From Segetibacter sp. (GTDB taxonomy: Bacteria; Bacteroidota; Bacteroidia; Chitinophagales; Chitinophagaceae): 54,982 nucleotides of DNA. Position 1 is the first letter of the stretch; the number at the start of each line of letters is the position of its first letter. The notes under the pieces were generated by a model. It was not told the DNA's origin. It searched no databases and saw only the letters and a list, made by a program, of their open reading frames with translations. The position numbers and the translations under genes were made by a program. The stretch is taken from the NCBI GenBank assembly GCA_031424735.1, contig JANPIA010000388.1:1-54982 (forward strand). The letters are read 5' to 3'. Positions 1 through 10,571 of this stretch are shown piece by piece.

Positions 1-1
1 C

Positions 2-1207
2 GGAGGTGTTAGCTTTTACCAGCGTAAGGAGATTAAGGATATTTTGGCCTACCTGCGCGTAATTGTTAACCCGAAAGATGAGGAAGCACTAAAGCGGATC
101 ATCAATTACCCCATACGTGGTATTGGCAAAACAACCATAGAAAAAGCAGTGATAGCCGCCAACGAAAATAAAATTAGTATGTGGCAGGTGCTGGACGCTG
201 CCGGGCACTATGGTTTTAAAGGCGGCACCTTGGAAGCCCTCGGAAATTTTGTGATCATGATCAAATATTTCCAGAGTTTACTAACCGATAAGAATGCACA
301 CGATGTTGCTGTACAGGTTGGCAAGCATACCAACATCATCAAAGAACTTTTTAACGACAAAACTACCGAAGGACTGGCCCGTTATGAAAACATCCAGGAA
401 TTACTAAACTCAATAAAGGAGTGGACCGAAACACCCGACAATGAAGATGGGGAGCTTCGCGATAAAACACTGGGAAGCTACCTGCAGCAAATCACGCTGT
501 TAACCGATGCAGACGAGGATAAAGAAAACAGTGACGTAGTAAAGCTGATGACGATACACGCGGCCAAGGGCCTGGAGTTTTCGTGTGTATTTGTTGGCGG
601 TATTGAAGAAACACTGTTTCCCAATGCAATGGCAATTAATACCCGCGAGGAACTGGAAGAAGAACGCCGGCTTTTTTACGTTGCCGTAACACGGGCCAAA
701 AAACATTTGTGGCTTACCTATGCAAATACCCGTTATCGTTTTGGACAATTGGTACAAAATGAGCCCAGCCGGTTTATTGAAGAAATGCCGGATGAATACA
801 TTGACCGGAGCTTTGCCGGCGGTGGTGCCCGTAACCAGGGTTTCAACAACGGCTTCGCACAAGGGTCGGCTTTTGAAAGAATGAACAGGGGATTTGGCGG
901 AGGCAATTCATCTGCGGCTGCGCAGGCTGAAAAACGGTATGGCGCACCGCCTGCAAAAAAACCATCCTATTTACCAGCTACACCAGCGTCGCCCAAAGTT
1001 ATAGAACATGTGCCTACTGCCGATTTTGCCGCCAGCGATACCAGTGGTTTGCAGCAGGGACAAAAAGTAGAACACCAGAAATTTGGCTTTGGTGAAGTAA
1101 TGAAAATGGAAGGATCAGCACACAACCCCATCGCCACCGTCAAGTTCGAACACAATGGCGAAAAGAAGATCATGTTGAATTACGCAAAGCTGCGTATTGT
1201 TGAGTAG
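2..1207 (+). CDS. uvrD: UvrD/PcrA ATP-dependent DNA helicase, C-terminal part (5'-truncated by window)
   Basis: Frame is open from base 2 (GGVSFYQRKEIKDILAYL). SF1 motifs MTIHAAKGLEF and EEERRLFYVAVTRAK; C-terminal Tudor-like domain (VEHQKFGFGEV). Confidence 0.95.
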   Translation, partial: GGVSFYQRKEIKDILAYLRVIVNPKDEEALKRIINYPIRGIGKTTIEKAVIAANENKISMWQVLDAAGHYGFKGGTLEALGNFVIMIKYFQSLLTDKNAHDVAVQVGKHTNIIKELFNDKTTEGLARYENIQELLNSIKEWTETPDNEDGELRDKTLGSYLQQITLLTDADEDKENSDVVKLMTIHAAKGLEFSCVFVGGIEETLFPNAMAINTREELEEERRLFYVAVTRAKKHLWLTYANTRYRFGQLVQNEPSRFIEEMPDEYIDRSFAGGGARNQGFNNGFAQGSAFERMNRGFGGGNSSAAAQAEKRYGAPPAKKPSYLPATPASPKVIEHVPTADFAASDTSGLQQGQKVEHQKFGFGEVMKMEGSAHNPIATVKFEHNGEKKIMLNYAKLRIVE

Positions 1208-1291
1208 GTGAGGGTGAAGCTCTAATTATAATTGAACGCAGGTATTCATCATCCGCATACAATATCTAATTTAGTAGTGTAAGCCAGCCAT

Positions 1292-2119
1292 ATGTTCAAC
1301 AACATCATCAATTACTTTCAAACACTGGAACACCGCCCTTTGGAGCGTTTGCTTTTTTTAGTTGCCGGTATGTTGGTGTTGTGGATTATAGAAGGCGCCA
1401 TTCCGTTGCTGGCTATGCGCTATAAAAAAAATAAAGTAAAGCATGGCGCTGTTAATTTTTCCTTCACGGCAATGCACCTGGTTATTCACACGGGTTTTGC
1501 GGTTTTTATTGTGCTGCTTTCAGATTGGTGCAGGCAACAGAACATCGGCATCATTCACTGGTTAAATGCATCCCCTGTAATTGCCATTATCATCACCGTT
1601 TTAGTGCTCGATTTTTTTGGCGGATGGCTGGTGCATTTTACGCAACATAAGGTGGCTACCCTTTGGCGGTTTCACATTGTTCATCATGCTGATAATAATG
1701 TGGACGTAACCACCGGCTTACGCCATCACCCGGTAGAAAGCGTTTTGCGGGGGGTGTTTTTTCTTGCCGGAGTTATAGTTGCAGGCGCGCCTATGTATGC
1801 TGTTATGATCTTTCAAACCCTCCTTATTGTTTTTGTTCAATTTACACACGCTAACATTCGCCTGCCGCGCTGGCTGGATGGTGGCTTAAGCTGGGTACTG
1901 GTTTCACCCAATATGCACAAGGTTCATCATCATTGGAAACAACCGTTTACCGATAGCAACTATGGGGCTGTTTTTGCTATTTGGGACCGCCTGCTTGGTA
2001 CCTTTATGAAGCTGGATCCGCACGATATTAAATACGGTTTGGACCGGTATTATCCCAACGAAAAAGATGAAGATTTTTTGTTGCTGATGAAAAAACCATT
2101 TCAAAATATTTACTATTAA
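1292..2119 (+). CDS. Sterol desaturase / fatty acid hydroxylase superfamily membrane di-iron enzyme
   Basis: His boxes HFTQH, HIVHH, FTHAN, HKVHH plus SNYG motif; several TM segments. Confidence 0.85.
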   Translation: MFNNIINYFQTLEHRPLERLLFLVAGMLVLWIIEGAIPLLAMRYKKNKVKHGAVNFSFTAMHLVIHTGFAVFIVLLSDWCRQQNIGIIHWLNASPVIAIIITVLVLDFFGGWLVHFTQHKVATLWRFHIVHHADNNVDVTTGLRHHPVESVLRGVFFLAGVIVAGAPMYAVMIFQTLLIVFVQFTHANIRLPRWLDGGLSWVLVSPNMHKVHHHWKQPFTDSNYGAVFAIWDRLLGTFMKLDPHDIKYGLDRYYPNEKDEDFLLLMKKPFQNIYY

Positions 2120-2159
2120 ATTCCTGCTTATTCTATCATCTTTGCAAAAAGTACACAGT

Positions 2160-2897
2160 ATGAAAAAAGTTGCGCTTATACCTGCCCGTTATGCTTCAAC
2201 CCGTTTTCCGGCAAAACTTATGCAAATGCTCGGCGGCAAAACCGTTATCCGTCATACCTATGATAACACCGTTGCAACAGGCCTGTTCGATCATGTATAC
2301 GTGGTTACCGATAGCGATATTATTTATGAGGAGATTACCGGAAACGGTGGCGAAGCAATCATGAGTGTAAAGGAACATGAAACCGGCAGCGACCGGATAG
2401 CTGAAGCGGTTGCAGATTTAGATGCGGATGTTGTTGTGAATGTTCAGGGAGATGAACCCTTTGTGCAAAAAGCACCGTTAGAAAAATTGCTTTGCGTGTT
2501 TGATGGAGAAGCAGGCGGAAATGTGCATGTAGCCTCGTTAATGCAGGTGCTCAAACGGCAAAACCTGATAGATGATCCAAACTATGTAAAGGTGGTGGTA
2601 GATAAAAACATGAACGCCTTATACTTCAGTCGCTCTGTTGTTCCTTACCCGCGTAATAAAGATCTGCTGATAAATTATTACGAGCATATCGGCGTGTATG
2701 CTTTCCGCAAGGCGGCATTAATGGATTTTGCCGGATGGAATAAATCACACCTTGAGTCTGCAGAAAATATTGAATGTCTCCGTTATCTTGAAAATGGCGT
2801 ACCCATAAAAATGGTGGCTACCGAATACATGGGCATTGAAATAGACATGCCGGAGGACCTTGAAAAAGCGGAAGCTTTGCTAAATTCAAATTCATAG
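2160..2897 (+). CDS. kdsB: 3-deoxy-manno-octulosonate cytidylyltransferase (CMP-Kdo synthetase)
   Basis: IPARYASTRFPAK, TGSDRIAE, VNVQGDEP, HIGVYAFR. Start set at ATG 2160 (MKKVALIPAR). Confidence 0.95.
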   Translation: MKKVALIPARYASTRFPAKLMQMLGGKTVIRHTYDNTVATGLFDHVYVVTDSDIIYEEITGNGGEAIMSVKEHETGSDRIAEAVADLDADVVVNVQGDEPFVQKAPLEKLLCVFDGEAGGNVHVASLMQVLKRQNLIDDPNYVKVVVDKNMNALYFSRSVVPYPRNKDLLINYYEHIGVYAFRKAALMDFAGWNKSHLESAENIECLRYLENGVPIKMVATEYMGIEIDMPEDLEKAEALLNSNS

Positions 2898-2987
2898 CAT
2901 AAACCTTCAATCAAATAAAAGCGGTGGTAACACTTTACAAGGTTGAGTGTCTCCTAAACTTTCCTTCTTTATAAACAAATTTTCTGC

Positions 2988-4064
2988 ATGAGCAAGTTTC
3001 GCAACTTTAAAATGGTAGACTATGTGGTGTATGGCCGTGGCAGCTTTAACCAGTTAGATGATATACTTGCTGCACAGCGTAAAGGCGATGCGCCCATGAT
3101 TTTTTTAGTGGATCATTTTTTTGAAGGAAAACCACTCGCCGCCCGGATACCACTTCGCGGCGACGACCAGGTAATATTTGTTGATGTTACCTATGAACCC
3201 AAAACAAGCTATGTTGATAAACTGGCTAACCAGCTAAAGGACGAATACCGAACAGTTAGCGGAATTATCGGTATTGGCGGGGGCTCTGCAATGGACCTTG
3301 CAAAAGCTGTTGGTTTAATGATGAACAACCCTGGCTCCTCTGCCGATTACCAGGGTTGGGACCTGGTAAAAAAACCCGGCGTTTACAAAGCCGGCATACC
3401 AACACTAAGCGGCACCGGCGCCGAAGTTTCCCGTACAACTGTACTTACTGGTCCCACTAAAAAGTTGGGTATGAACAGCGATTATACACCCTTCAACCAA
3501 ATTGTGCTGGACCCTGAACTTACTGCCAACGCCCCGGTTAACCAACGTTTCTATACCGGAATGGACTGCTATATTCATTGCATTGAAAGCCTGCAGGGCA
3601 CTTTTTTGAACGAGTTCAGCAAAAGCTATGGTGAAAAAGCTTTGGAACTATGCCGGAAAGTTTTTGTTGAAAAGGATGCGTGGGACGATGAGTGTGACGA
3701 CCAGTTGATGATGGCCAGCTATGCAGGAGGAATGAGTATAGCCTACAGCCAGGTAGGCGTGGCCCACGCGGTTAGTTATGGTTTAAGTTATTTGCTTGGC
3801 ACTAAACATGGCATAGGCAATTGTATCGTGATGAACCATTTGGAAGCTTATTACCCGGAAGGTGTAGCCGAATTTAAATACATGGTTGCAAAAAATAACA
3901 TACAAATACCACAGGGAATTTGCAGCAATTTATCGGGAGATGATTTTGATAAAATGATAGATGTTAGTTTAGGCATGAAGCCGCTTTGGGAAAACGCCCT
4001 TGGTAAAAACTGGGAAGAGATAATGACCAGGGAAAAGTTGCTCGCCCTTTATCAAAAGCTATAA
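2988..4064 (+). CDS. kdnB: Iron-containing alcohol dehydrogenase family, KdnB-like (Kdo 8-oxidase)
   Basis: GGGSAMDLAK, NPGSSADYQGWDL, GTGAEVSRT, KLGMNSDYT, FYTGMDCYIHCIESL and GGMSIAYSQVGVAHAVSYG resemble Shewanella KdnB as recalled; adjacent to kdsB. Confidence 0.75.
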   Translation: MSKFRNFKMVDYVVYGRGSFNQLDDILAAQRKGDAPMIFLVDHFFEGKPLAARIPLRGDDQVIFVDVTYEPKTSYVDKLANQLKDEYRTVSGIIGIGGGSAMDLAKAVGLMMNNPGSSADYQGWDLVKKPGVYKAGIPTLSGTGAEVSRTTVLTGPTKKLGMNSDYTPFNQIVLDPELTANAPVNQRFYTGMDCYIHCIESLQGTFLNEFSKSYGEKALELCRKVFVEKDAWDDECDDQLMMASYAGGMSIAYSQVGVAHAVSYGLSYLLGTKHGIGNCIVMNHLEAYYPEGVAEFKYMVAKNNIQIPQGICSNLSGDDFDKMIDVSLGMKPLWENALGKNWEEIMTREKLLALYQKL

Positions 4065-4266
4065 ACAAGTCGGACGTTCCATTTTTTTTACCGCAAAAAG
4101 CTCTGCTAAACACTGGAGTAATTACCATCAGGTAAACTTCCTTGTCCCCTTATTATTCAGCTAACATTTGTTTATTATCCGAAAGTAATTTTTGTACATT
4201 CATAGTCCGCATATTTGGTATTGATGCCAACGTAGTTAAATTGGTAACCTGCTAAATTTTACTGCC

Positions 4267-5109
4267 ATGAAAAAGTTCAGTTTTGTTTTTTGTCTTACGC
4301 TAATCAGCCTTACCACACTCTCCCAGGATGAAGGCCCGAAGGATATTGAAAATTGTAAAGACCATCCCTTATTTACGCGAATGCCAAACACCTTTATTGT
4401 AGAATGTCGCAAAAACTTTGATGAGGTTGAAATACACAAGTCTGTTGATAAAATAGACAAGATGGAGGGAACCGCTACTTACATTGGTTACACTTACAAC
4501 TACGAAAGCAAGGTGCCTCCGCCATCGTTTTTACAAATTGTAAAAAACTATGAAAATGCCATCGCCAAATTTGGTGGAAAACGCATTTACTTTGGTAAGG
4601 AATATGGCGTAGCTACCCTGTTTTTAAAGAATGAAGGCAAAGACACCTGGATAAAATTGAACGATTATGGTGGAGTAGGCGAAGGTCAGTATGGCGTTAC
4701 CATTTTGGAAATGGAGGAGATGAAGCAGGATATTTCTGCCACGGTTATTATGGATGAATTGAACAAAAGCGGCAAAATTGCTTTGTACATAAACTTTGAA
4801 ACCGCGAAGTCAATTATAAAGCCCGAATCCGATAAAATTATAGATGATGTAGCTAAGATGCTTACCGATAACTCAACCATTAAAGTTAGTATTGAAGGGC
4901 ACACCCAGGCGGATAATACCGGCTCACCCGCCGCCAACAAAATATTATCGGAGCAAAGGGCTAAAGCAGTAATGAATGCACTCATCGCAAAAGGGATATC
5001 GTCATTGCGCTTAAGTGCAAAGGGATGGGGACAGGAAAATCCCATCGGCGATAATAACACAGAAGAAGGTCGCGCAAAAAACCGGCGTGTAGAGATAGTG
5101 AAATTGTAA
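4267..5109 (+). CDS. Exported OmpA/MotB C-terminal domain protein (N-terminal DUF4892-like region)
   Basis: Signal peptide; KDHPLFTRMP N-terminus; INFETAKS, LSEQRAKAV, GRAKNRRVEI OmpA_C motifs. Confidence 0.85.
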   Translation: MKKFSFVFCLTLISLTTLSQDEGPKDIENCKDHPLFTRMPNTFIVECRKNFDEVEIHKSVDKIDKMEGTATYIGYTYNYESKVPPPSFLQIVKNYENAIAKFGGKRIYFGKEYGVATLFLKNEGKDTWIKLNDYGGVGEGQYGVTILEMEEMKQDISATVIMDELNKSGKIALYINFETAKSIIKPESDKIIDDVAKMLTDNSTIKVSIEGHTQADNTGSPAANKILSEQRAKAVMNALIAKGISSLRLSAKGWGQENPIGDNNTEEGRAKNRRVEIVKL

Positions 5110-5176
5110 AGCTTATACATGCTGTAATTGTGCTGCTTACGCATTTGCAAACCTCAGGTGTGCAACTCAAACACTT

Positions 5177-5677
5177 TTACATTGCGGGTTCGTCTGCCGT
5201 GGGCCCATACAAACCTGGCAGCGGTACATTAAGCATACGCAGGTAAACAGACAGTTGCCCGCGATGATGAATAGTATGACTCAACACCATTGTGCGGATA
5301 ACAGCCACCCTTGGCATGGTAAAAAATATTCTCTCACCGTTGCGCAGCTTCCAGTCGCCTCGCAGGTTTTCATCGCTGGCGGTTTGTAATGCCAATAATC
5401 CTTTGGCAAGCGTATCATCATAAAACTTTAGGAGCGCCATTGCATCTTCAAAAACTTTTGGCTTGTAATTTAATTTTTCAAAATCAAGTTCATCGGCTTC
5501 AACAGTGGCATTTAACCAACCATTTATTTCTGCTATGTGTGCAGCCAATCCACCTAATGTCATCGACTTTTCATGCGGCTTCCAATTGTAGTGCTCTGCT
5601 GGAGCTCGTTCCAGCATTTTACGGGTACCTTCTGCTTCGTGTTTTAACTGGCGTAATAAGGGCTCGTTGAGATTCAT
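5177..5677 (-). CDS. DinB/YfiT family protein
   Basis: WKPHEKSMTLGGLAAHI and HTIHHRGQLSVYLR His triad. Confidence 0.9.
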   Translation of the reverse strand: MNLNEPLLRQLKHEAEGTRKMLERAPAEHYNWKPHEKSMTLGGLAAHIAEINGWLNATVEADELDFEKLNYKPKVFEDAMALLKFYDDTLAKGLLALQTASDENLRGDWKLRNGERIFFTMPRVAVIRTMVLSHTIHHRGQLSVYLRMLNVPLPGLYGPTADEPAM

Positions 5678-5765
5678 AACATTAAATTTTTATCAATATA
5701 AAAACATAATTACAATTTTAAACGGTGATATAAAAGTATATGGCCTGATGCCCTTAACTTTAATT

Positions 5766-6860
5766 ATGCGCCCCGATACCTATCTGAAAAATTTTATTCT
5801 TCCCGTTTTTAACGTACATCGAACCAAGGAAATATTCAGGCTGAACCCTACAATACAGCCAGTAAGAGAAGAGGCAAAGGAAACTAAAATGTATGTGTTT
5901 GATTATAATGCAACCACTTTAACCCAACACGAAATAAATACCCGCGAAGAATGTTATGTTTTTAAACAGAACGACAACATTAGCTGGATAAATATTGATG
6001 GCATCCGTAAAAGCGAGGTAGAAGATATCTGCAGGCATTTTGGCATTCACCAATTAATAGTGGAGGACATCTTAAGCGTTGGTCAACGCCCTAAAATGGA
6101 TGAAATTGAAGGCGTGATGTATTGCCTGCTGAACATGCTTTATTTTAATGAAAAGAGGTGCTCGGTAGAGCAGGAGCAAATCAGCATTGTACTGGGGAAG
6201 AACTTCGTAATATCCTTTCAGGAAGATGCGCACCGCGATGTTTTCAACAATATACGAGACCGGTTAAAATTAGCTGGCAGTAAAATTCGCCAAAGTAAGG
6301 CCGATTACCTGTGTTATAATATGCTCGACATGATAGTGGATCATTACTTTGTTGTAATGGAACAATTGGGCGAAAAAATTGAAGCATTGGAAGAAGAGAT
6401 TATACGGGTAGGAAATACACGGTCGCTTGCCAACATAAACAACCTGCGCAAGGAGTTGATTGTACTAAAACGAAATGTGGCCCCGGTTCGCGAACTGGTG
6501 CATGGTTATATTCGCAGCGAAAGCGACTTGCTGGAAGATACCACGACCAAATACTTCAAAGATGTGTATGACCATATTATACAGGCGAACGACTTTGCAG
6601 AAAACTACCGGGATATGATGACAAGCCTGCAGGATCTTTACATTAGCAAGGTAAACCTGAAGATGAACGAAGTGATGAAGGTAATGGCAATTGTTACCTG
6701 CCTGCTTGCACCGGCCACCGTTATCGGTGGAATTTTCGGGATGAATTTTGACGTGATACCTTATGCCCACCAAATATGGGGTTTTTATGCAACCGTGGCA
6801 GTTATGTTGATTATACCCATTATAATGCTGGTAATTTTTAAACGTAGAGGATGGTTTTAA
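5766..6860 (+). CDS. corA: Magnesium/cobalt transporter CorA
   Basis: WINIDG, EDILSVGQRPK, GIFGMNF signature and two C-terminal TMs. Start uncertain (ATG 5748 or 5766). Confidence 0.93.
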   Translation: MRPDTYLKNFILPVFNVHRTKEIFRLNPTIQPVREEAKETKMYVFDYNATTLTQHEINTREECYVFKQNDNISWINIDGIRKSEVEDICRHFGIHQLIVEDILSVGQRPKMDEIEGVMYCLLNMLYFNEKRCSVEQEQISIVLGKNFVISFQEDAHRDVFNNIRDRLKLAGSKIRQSKADYLCYNMLDMIVDHYFVVMEQLGEKIEALEEEIIRVGNTRSLANINNLRKELIVLKRNVAPVRELVHGYIRSESDLLEDTTTKYFKDVYDHIIQANDFAENYRDMMTSLQDLYISKVNLKMNEVMKVMAIVTCLLAPATVIGGIFGMNFDVIPYAHQIWGFYATVAVMLIIPIIMLVIFKRRGWF

Positions 6861-7027
6861 ACCACTAGCTTCAAACCGGTGGAGCTAATCATTTGGTGTT
6901 GACTTAAAACACACTACTTAACGTTTGTTAACTTCAACTTAAGCCACCTGTTATAATTTTCACCCGTTTTACTCGTTTAGGGTAGGTAAGTAGCGGGCTT
7001 TTTATAAAAAAAATATTTCATGTTACG

Positions 7028-8122
7028 ATGACGGAAGCGAAATACTTCTCTCCGGTTCACATAGAGACCTACGAATTTGAACTCTTTTTCGACCTGTCTC
7101 CCGACCTGCTTTGCATTGCCGGATTCGATGGCTATTTCAAACGCATCAATCCGGCTGTTTCTTTGCTGTTAGGTTACACAAACGAAGAATTGTTATCGAG
7201 ACCAATTGATGATTTTGTTTTTTCTGAAGACAGGCATTCAACCTCCCATGCCCGCGGAAATCTTACAAAAGGAACCCCCCTTTTCCATTTTGAAAACAGG
7301 TATGTAACAAAGTGCGGCGAAATTGTTTGGCTGTACTGGACTTCCATGTCGGTTGAAAGTGACAAGTTGGTTTTTGCTATCGCAAAAAACATCACGCATA
7401 AAAAAAAGCTCGAAGAGGAGCGGAACATGCTTATTGGTAGCCTCTCTAAAATTAACAAAGACCTCAAGCAACTAACCTACACTACTTCGCACGATCTGCG
7501 GTCGCCTGTAAATAACCTGCTTTCTATTTTTAGCCTGTTAGACGAGTCGAAAATAAACGACCCGGAAACGGTAGAATTCATTACCGTTTTAAAATTAGCC
7601 AGCGAAGGTTTAAAGGAAACCATTGATAAATATGTGGATATTTTAAGTGAGAAGGACAAACCGGATGTGGAACTGGAGCAGGTCAATTTACCGGAATGTA
7701 TGAATGCTGTACTGCGATCGATTCATTCTCTTGTTCAAAATTCAAAAGCTACCATTAACGCTAACTTCTCCGATTATGATGTAATAGGTTTCAACAAATC
7801 TTATATGGAAAGCATTTTCCTAAACCTCCTCACTAACGCCATCAAATATGCGCGACCCGATGTTTTACCCGTTATTACTATTCAAACAAAAAAAATAAAC
7901 GGCACCCACCAGTTAATAATATCAGATAATGGGTTGGGGTTTGATATTGAAAAAGTAAAAGACAAGATTTTTGGCTTGCATCAAAAATTCCATCACCATG
8001 CCGATAGTAAAGGCATCGGGCTATACCTTGTAAACAATCATATCACCAGTTTAGGCGGTCGTATTGCTGTTGAAAGCCGGGTGAATGCTGGCGCTACTTT
8101 TACCATAACTTTTCAGGAATAA
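7028..8122 (+). CDS. Cytoplasmic PAS-domain sensor histidine kinase (orphan)
   Basis: N-terminal PAS (FDLSPDLLCIAGFDGYFKRINPA); H-box SHDLRSP; N-box NLLTNAIKY; G-boxes DNGLG and GIGLYL. Confidence 0.9.
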   Translation: MTEAKYFSPVHIETYEFELFFDLSPDLLCIAGFDGYFKRINPAVSLLLGYTNEELLSRPIDDFVFSEDRHSTSHARGNLTKGTPLFHFENRYVTKCGEIVWLYWTSMSVESDKLVFAIAKNITHKKKLEEERNMLIGSLSKINKDLKQLTYTTSHDLRSPVNNLLSIFSLLDESKINDPETVEFITVLKLASEGLKETIDKYVDILSEKDKPDVELEQVNLPECMNAVLRSIHSLVQNSKATINANFSDYDVIGFNKSYMESIFLNLLTNAIKYARPDVLPVITIQTKKINGTHQLIISDNGLGFDIEKVKDKIFGLHQKFHHHADSKGIGLYLVNNHITSLGGRIAVESRVNAGATFTITFQE

Positions 8123-8283
8123 AACGTTCTGCGATTTCATTATAGTCACTACATGCTTCTTTATGGTTGATGAAAAGTAAAACAGATATAAAGCCTATCT
8201 TTTCAGGCGTAGGGCATTAAAGCAAGCTCAATTAGAACCTTCATTTGTTATTCTAAACGCATCATTGCACTAAAAATTTTTCC

Positions 8284-9513
8284 ATGAAAATACGGGTTGC
8301 ATTTAGCTGTATAGTATTCATGGTTGCTATTTTAAACTGTACACCGGTTGCTCAATTACCCGAAGCAAAAGATAAACCCGGTAAAGACGTAATTACTACA
8401 GGGGCAGATCAAACCGAACAATACTTTGACCAATTAAAAGGAAAACGCGTTGGCATTCTCGCTAATCCAACAAGCATAATCAATAAAAAGAACCTGGTGG
8501 ACAGCCTGGTAGCTGCGGGAATAAATCTGGTAAAGGTGTTTGGTCCCGAACATGGTTTCAGGGGTAATGCAAGTGCGGGTACAGTGGTGAAAGATGAAGT
8601 GGATAATGCAACCGGTGTAAAGGTGATTTCCCTGTATGGTGCTAAACGCAAACCATCGAAGGCTGACCTTGCCGATGTAGATATTATGGTGTTTGATATA
8701 CAGGATGTAGGATGCAGGTTTTACACCTACATTAATATGTTAAGCCATATAATGGAAGCTTGCGCAGAAAATAACAAGGAACTTTTGATATTAGACCGCC
8801 CAAACCCGAATGGCTACCTGGTAGATGGTCCGGTGTTGAATATGGAGTTTAAATCGGGCATAGGCATGTTTCCAATACCCATTGCACACGGAATGACTAT
8901 AGCGGAGTTTGCGCAAATGATTAATGGCGAAGGCTGGCTGCCCGGTAAGCTTCAGTGTAAATTGAAGATCGTAACGGTAGCAAATTATCATCACGATAAA
9001 ACTTACACGTTACCGGTAAATCCTTCGCCCAACTTAAACACCCAACAAAGTATTATACTCTATCCGTCAACCTGTTTGTTTGAAGGTACCATACTCAATC
9101 ACGGGCGTGGTACGTATTACCCCTTTACTGTAATGGGTAGCCCGGCTTTGAAAGGAAAGTATAGTTTTTCCTACACTCCCGTTGGCATTGCCGGTATGAG
9201 CGAAACACCTTTGCACATGAATGAAGTGTGTTATGGGATCGATCTGCGGAACTACGATGTCAATAAGCTTCGAAAAACAAAGCGGATAAATCTTAAATGG
9301 ATGATCGATTTATACAACGCCTATCCCTATAAGGATAAATTTTTTGACAAATCGCAAAGCAGGCAAATAAACGATATTGACAAACTCGCAGGCAATTCTG
9401 CTTTTAAAAAACAGGTGATGGCTGGCAAAAGCGTTCAGGAAATACAGGCATCGTGGGAGCCGGAGTTGTCGCAATACAAAACCATGCGAAAAAAATATTT
9501 ATTGTATCCGTGA
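8284..9513 (+). CDS. namZ: Exo-beta-N-acetylmuramidase NamZ (DUF1343) family
   Basis: FGPEHGFRG, FDIQDVGCRFYTY, LDRPNPNG, HGMTIAE, PSPNL; N-terminal signal/lipobox. Confidence 0.88.
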   Translation: MKIRVAFSCIVFMVAILNCTPVAQLPEAKDKPGKDVITTGADQTEQYFDQLKGKRVGILANPTSIINKKNLVDSLVAAGINLVKVFGPEHGFRGNASAGTVVKDEVDNATGVKVISLYGAKRKPSKADLADVDIMVFDIQDVGCRFYTYINMLSHIMEACAENNKELLILDRPNPNGYLVDGPVLNMEFKSGIGMFPIPIAHGMTIAEFAQMINGEGWLPGKLQCKLKIVTVANYHHDKTYTLPVNPSPNLNTQQSIILYPSTCLFEGTILNHGRGTYYPFTVMGSPALKGKYSFSYTPVGIAGMSETPLHMNEVCYGIDLRNYDVNKLRKTKRINLKWMIDLYNAYPYKDKFFDKSQSRQINDIDKLAGNSAFKKQVMAGKSVQEIQASWEPELSQYKTMRKKYLLYP

Positions 9514-9543
9514 AGATCTACCTTAAGAACTTAATACCCACAC

Positions 9544-10539
9544 ATGAAAATAGCCGTATTCAGTACCAAGCCTTACGACCGGGAATATCTCGACCGCTTT
9601 AATACATCTGGTAAGCACACTTTAACCTACTTTGAAGCAGCACTTGATAGCGATACCACTAACTTAACTCCTGGCTTTGATGGGGTATGCGTGTTTGTAA
9701 ACGACAAGGTAAATGCGGGTGTAATAAACAAGATGCATGAAAATGGAATTAAACTTATTGCATTGCGATGCGCCGGTTTCAACAATGTTGATATTGCCGA
9801 AGCCCATCAAAAAAATATAAAAGTTGTAAGGGTTCCGTCTTATTCGCCACATGCTATTGCAGAACATGCGGTCGCACTAATTTTAACGCTTAATCGCAAA
9901 ACGCATAAAGCCTACAACCGCATCAGGGAAAGCAATTTCTCGCTTGAAAATCTTACAGGTTTCAATCTCTATAAAAAAACCATCGGCGTAATTGGAACAG
10001 GTCAAATAGGAGCCATTTTTTGCGATATCATGCTGGGGTTTGGGTGCAAGGTAATTGCCTGCGACATCCAGGAGTCGGCACAGCTAAAACACAACGGAGT
10101 TGAATACAAATCCATGGAGGAAATTTTTGCAACATCAGACATCATTTCTCTCCATTGCCCGCTTACCCCCGAAACAAAGTACATAGTGAATGCTGAAGTT
10201 TTGGCTACCATAAAAAAGGGAGCAATGATCATTAATACGAGCAGAGGCGGACTTATTAATACTGCTGATGTTATTGGTGCATTAAAAAGCGGACAGTTGG
10301 GTTATTTAGGAATTGATGTGTACGAACAGGAACAACATTTATTTTTTAAAGACTTATCGGAAAGCATTATCCAGGACGACCTGATTGAAAGATTGATGAG
10401 CTTTCACAATGTTTTGATAACACCCCACCAGGGATTTTTTACACGGGAAGCCCTGGACCAGATAGCGATAACAACCCTGAATAATTTTACTGATTTTGAA
10501 GAAGGATCGCTATTAGAAAATGAAGTACTGCCGCAATAA
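9544..10539 (+). CDS. ldhA: D-isomer-specific 2-hydroxyacid dehydrogenase (D-lactate dehydrogenase-like)
   Basis: ALRCAGFNNVD, YSPHAIAEH, GTGQIG, INTSRGGL, DVYEQE, ITPHQGFFT. Confidence 0.85.
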   Translation: MKIAVFSTKPYDREYLDRFNTSGKHTLTYFEAALDSDTTNLTPGFDGVCVFVNDKVNAGVINKMHENGIKLIALRCAGFNNVDIAEAHQKNIKVVRVPSYSPHAIAEHAVALILTLNRKTHKAYNRIRESNFSLENLTGFNLYKKTIGVIGTGQIGAIFCDIMLGFGCKVIACDIQESAQLKHNGVEYKSMEEIFATSDIISLHCPLTPETKYIVNAEVLATIKKGAMIINTSRGGLINTADVIGALKSGQLGYLGIDVYEQEQHLFFKDLSESIIQDDLIERLMSFHNVLITPHQGFFTREALDQIAITTLNNFTDFEEGSLLENEVLPQ

Positions 10540-10571
10540 GAAAGAATACTACAATGTTGCATTACAACAGG

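Noticed and set aside
8124-8136. 13-bp match ACGTTCTGCGATT also present near 45266
   Set aside because: Exact 13-mer matches are expected by chance in 55 kb and the similarity does not extend.
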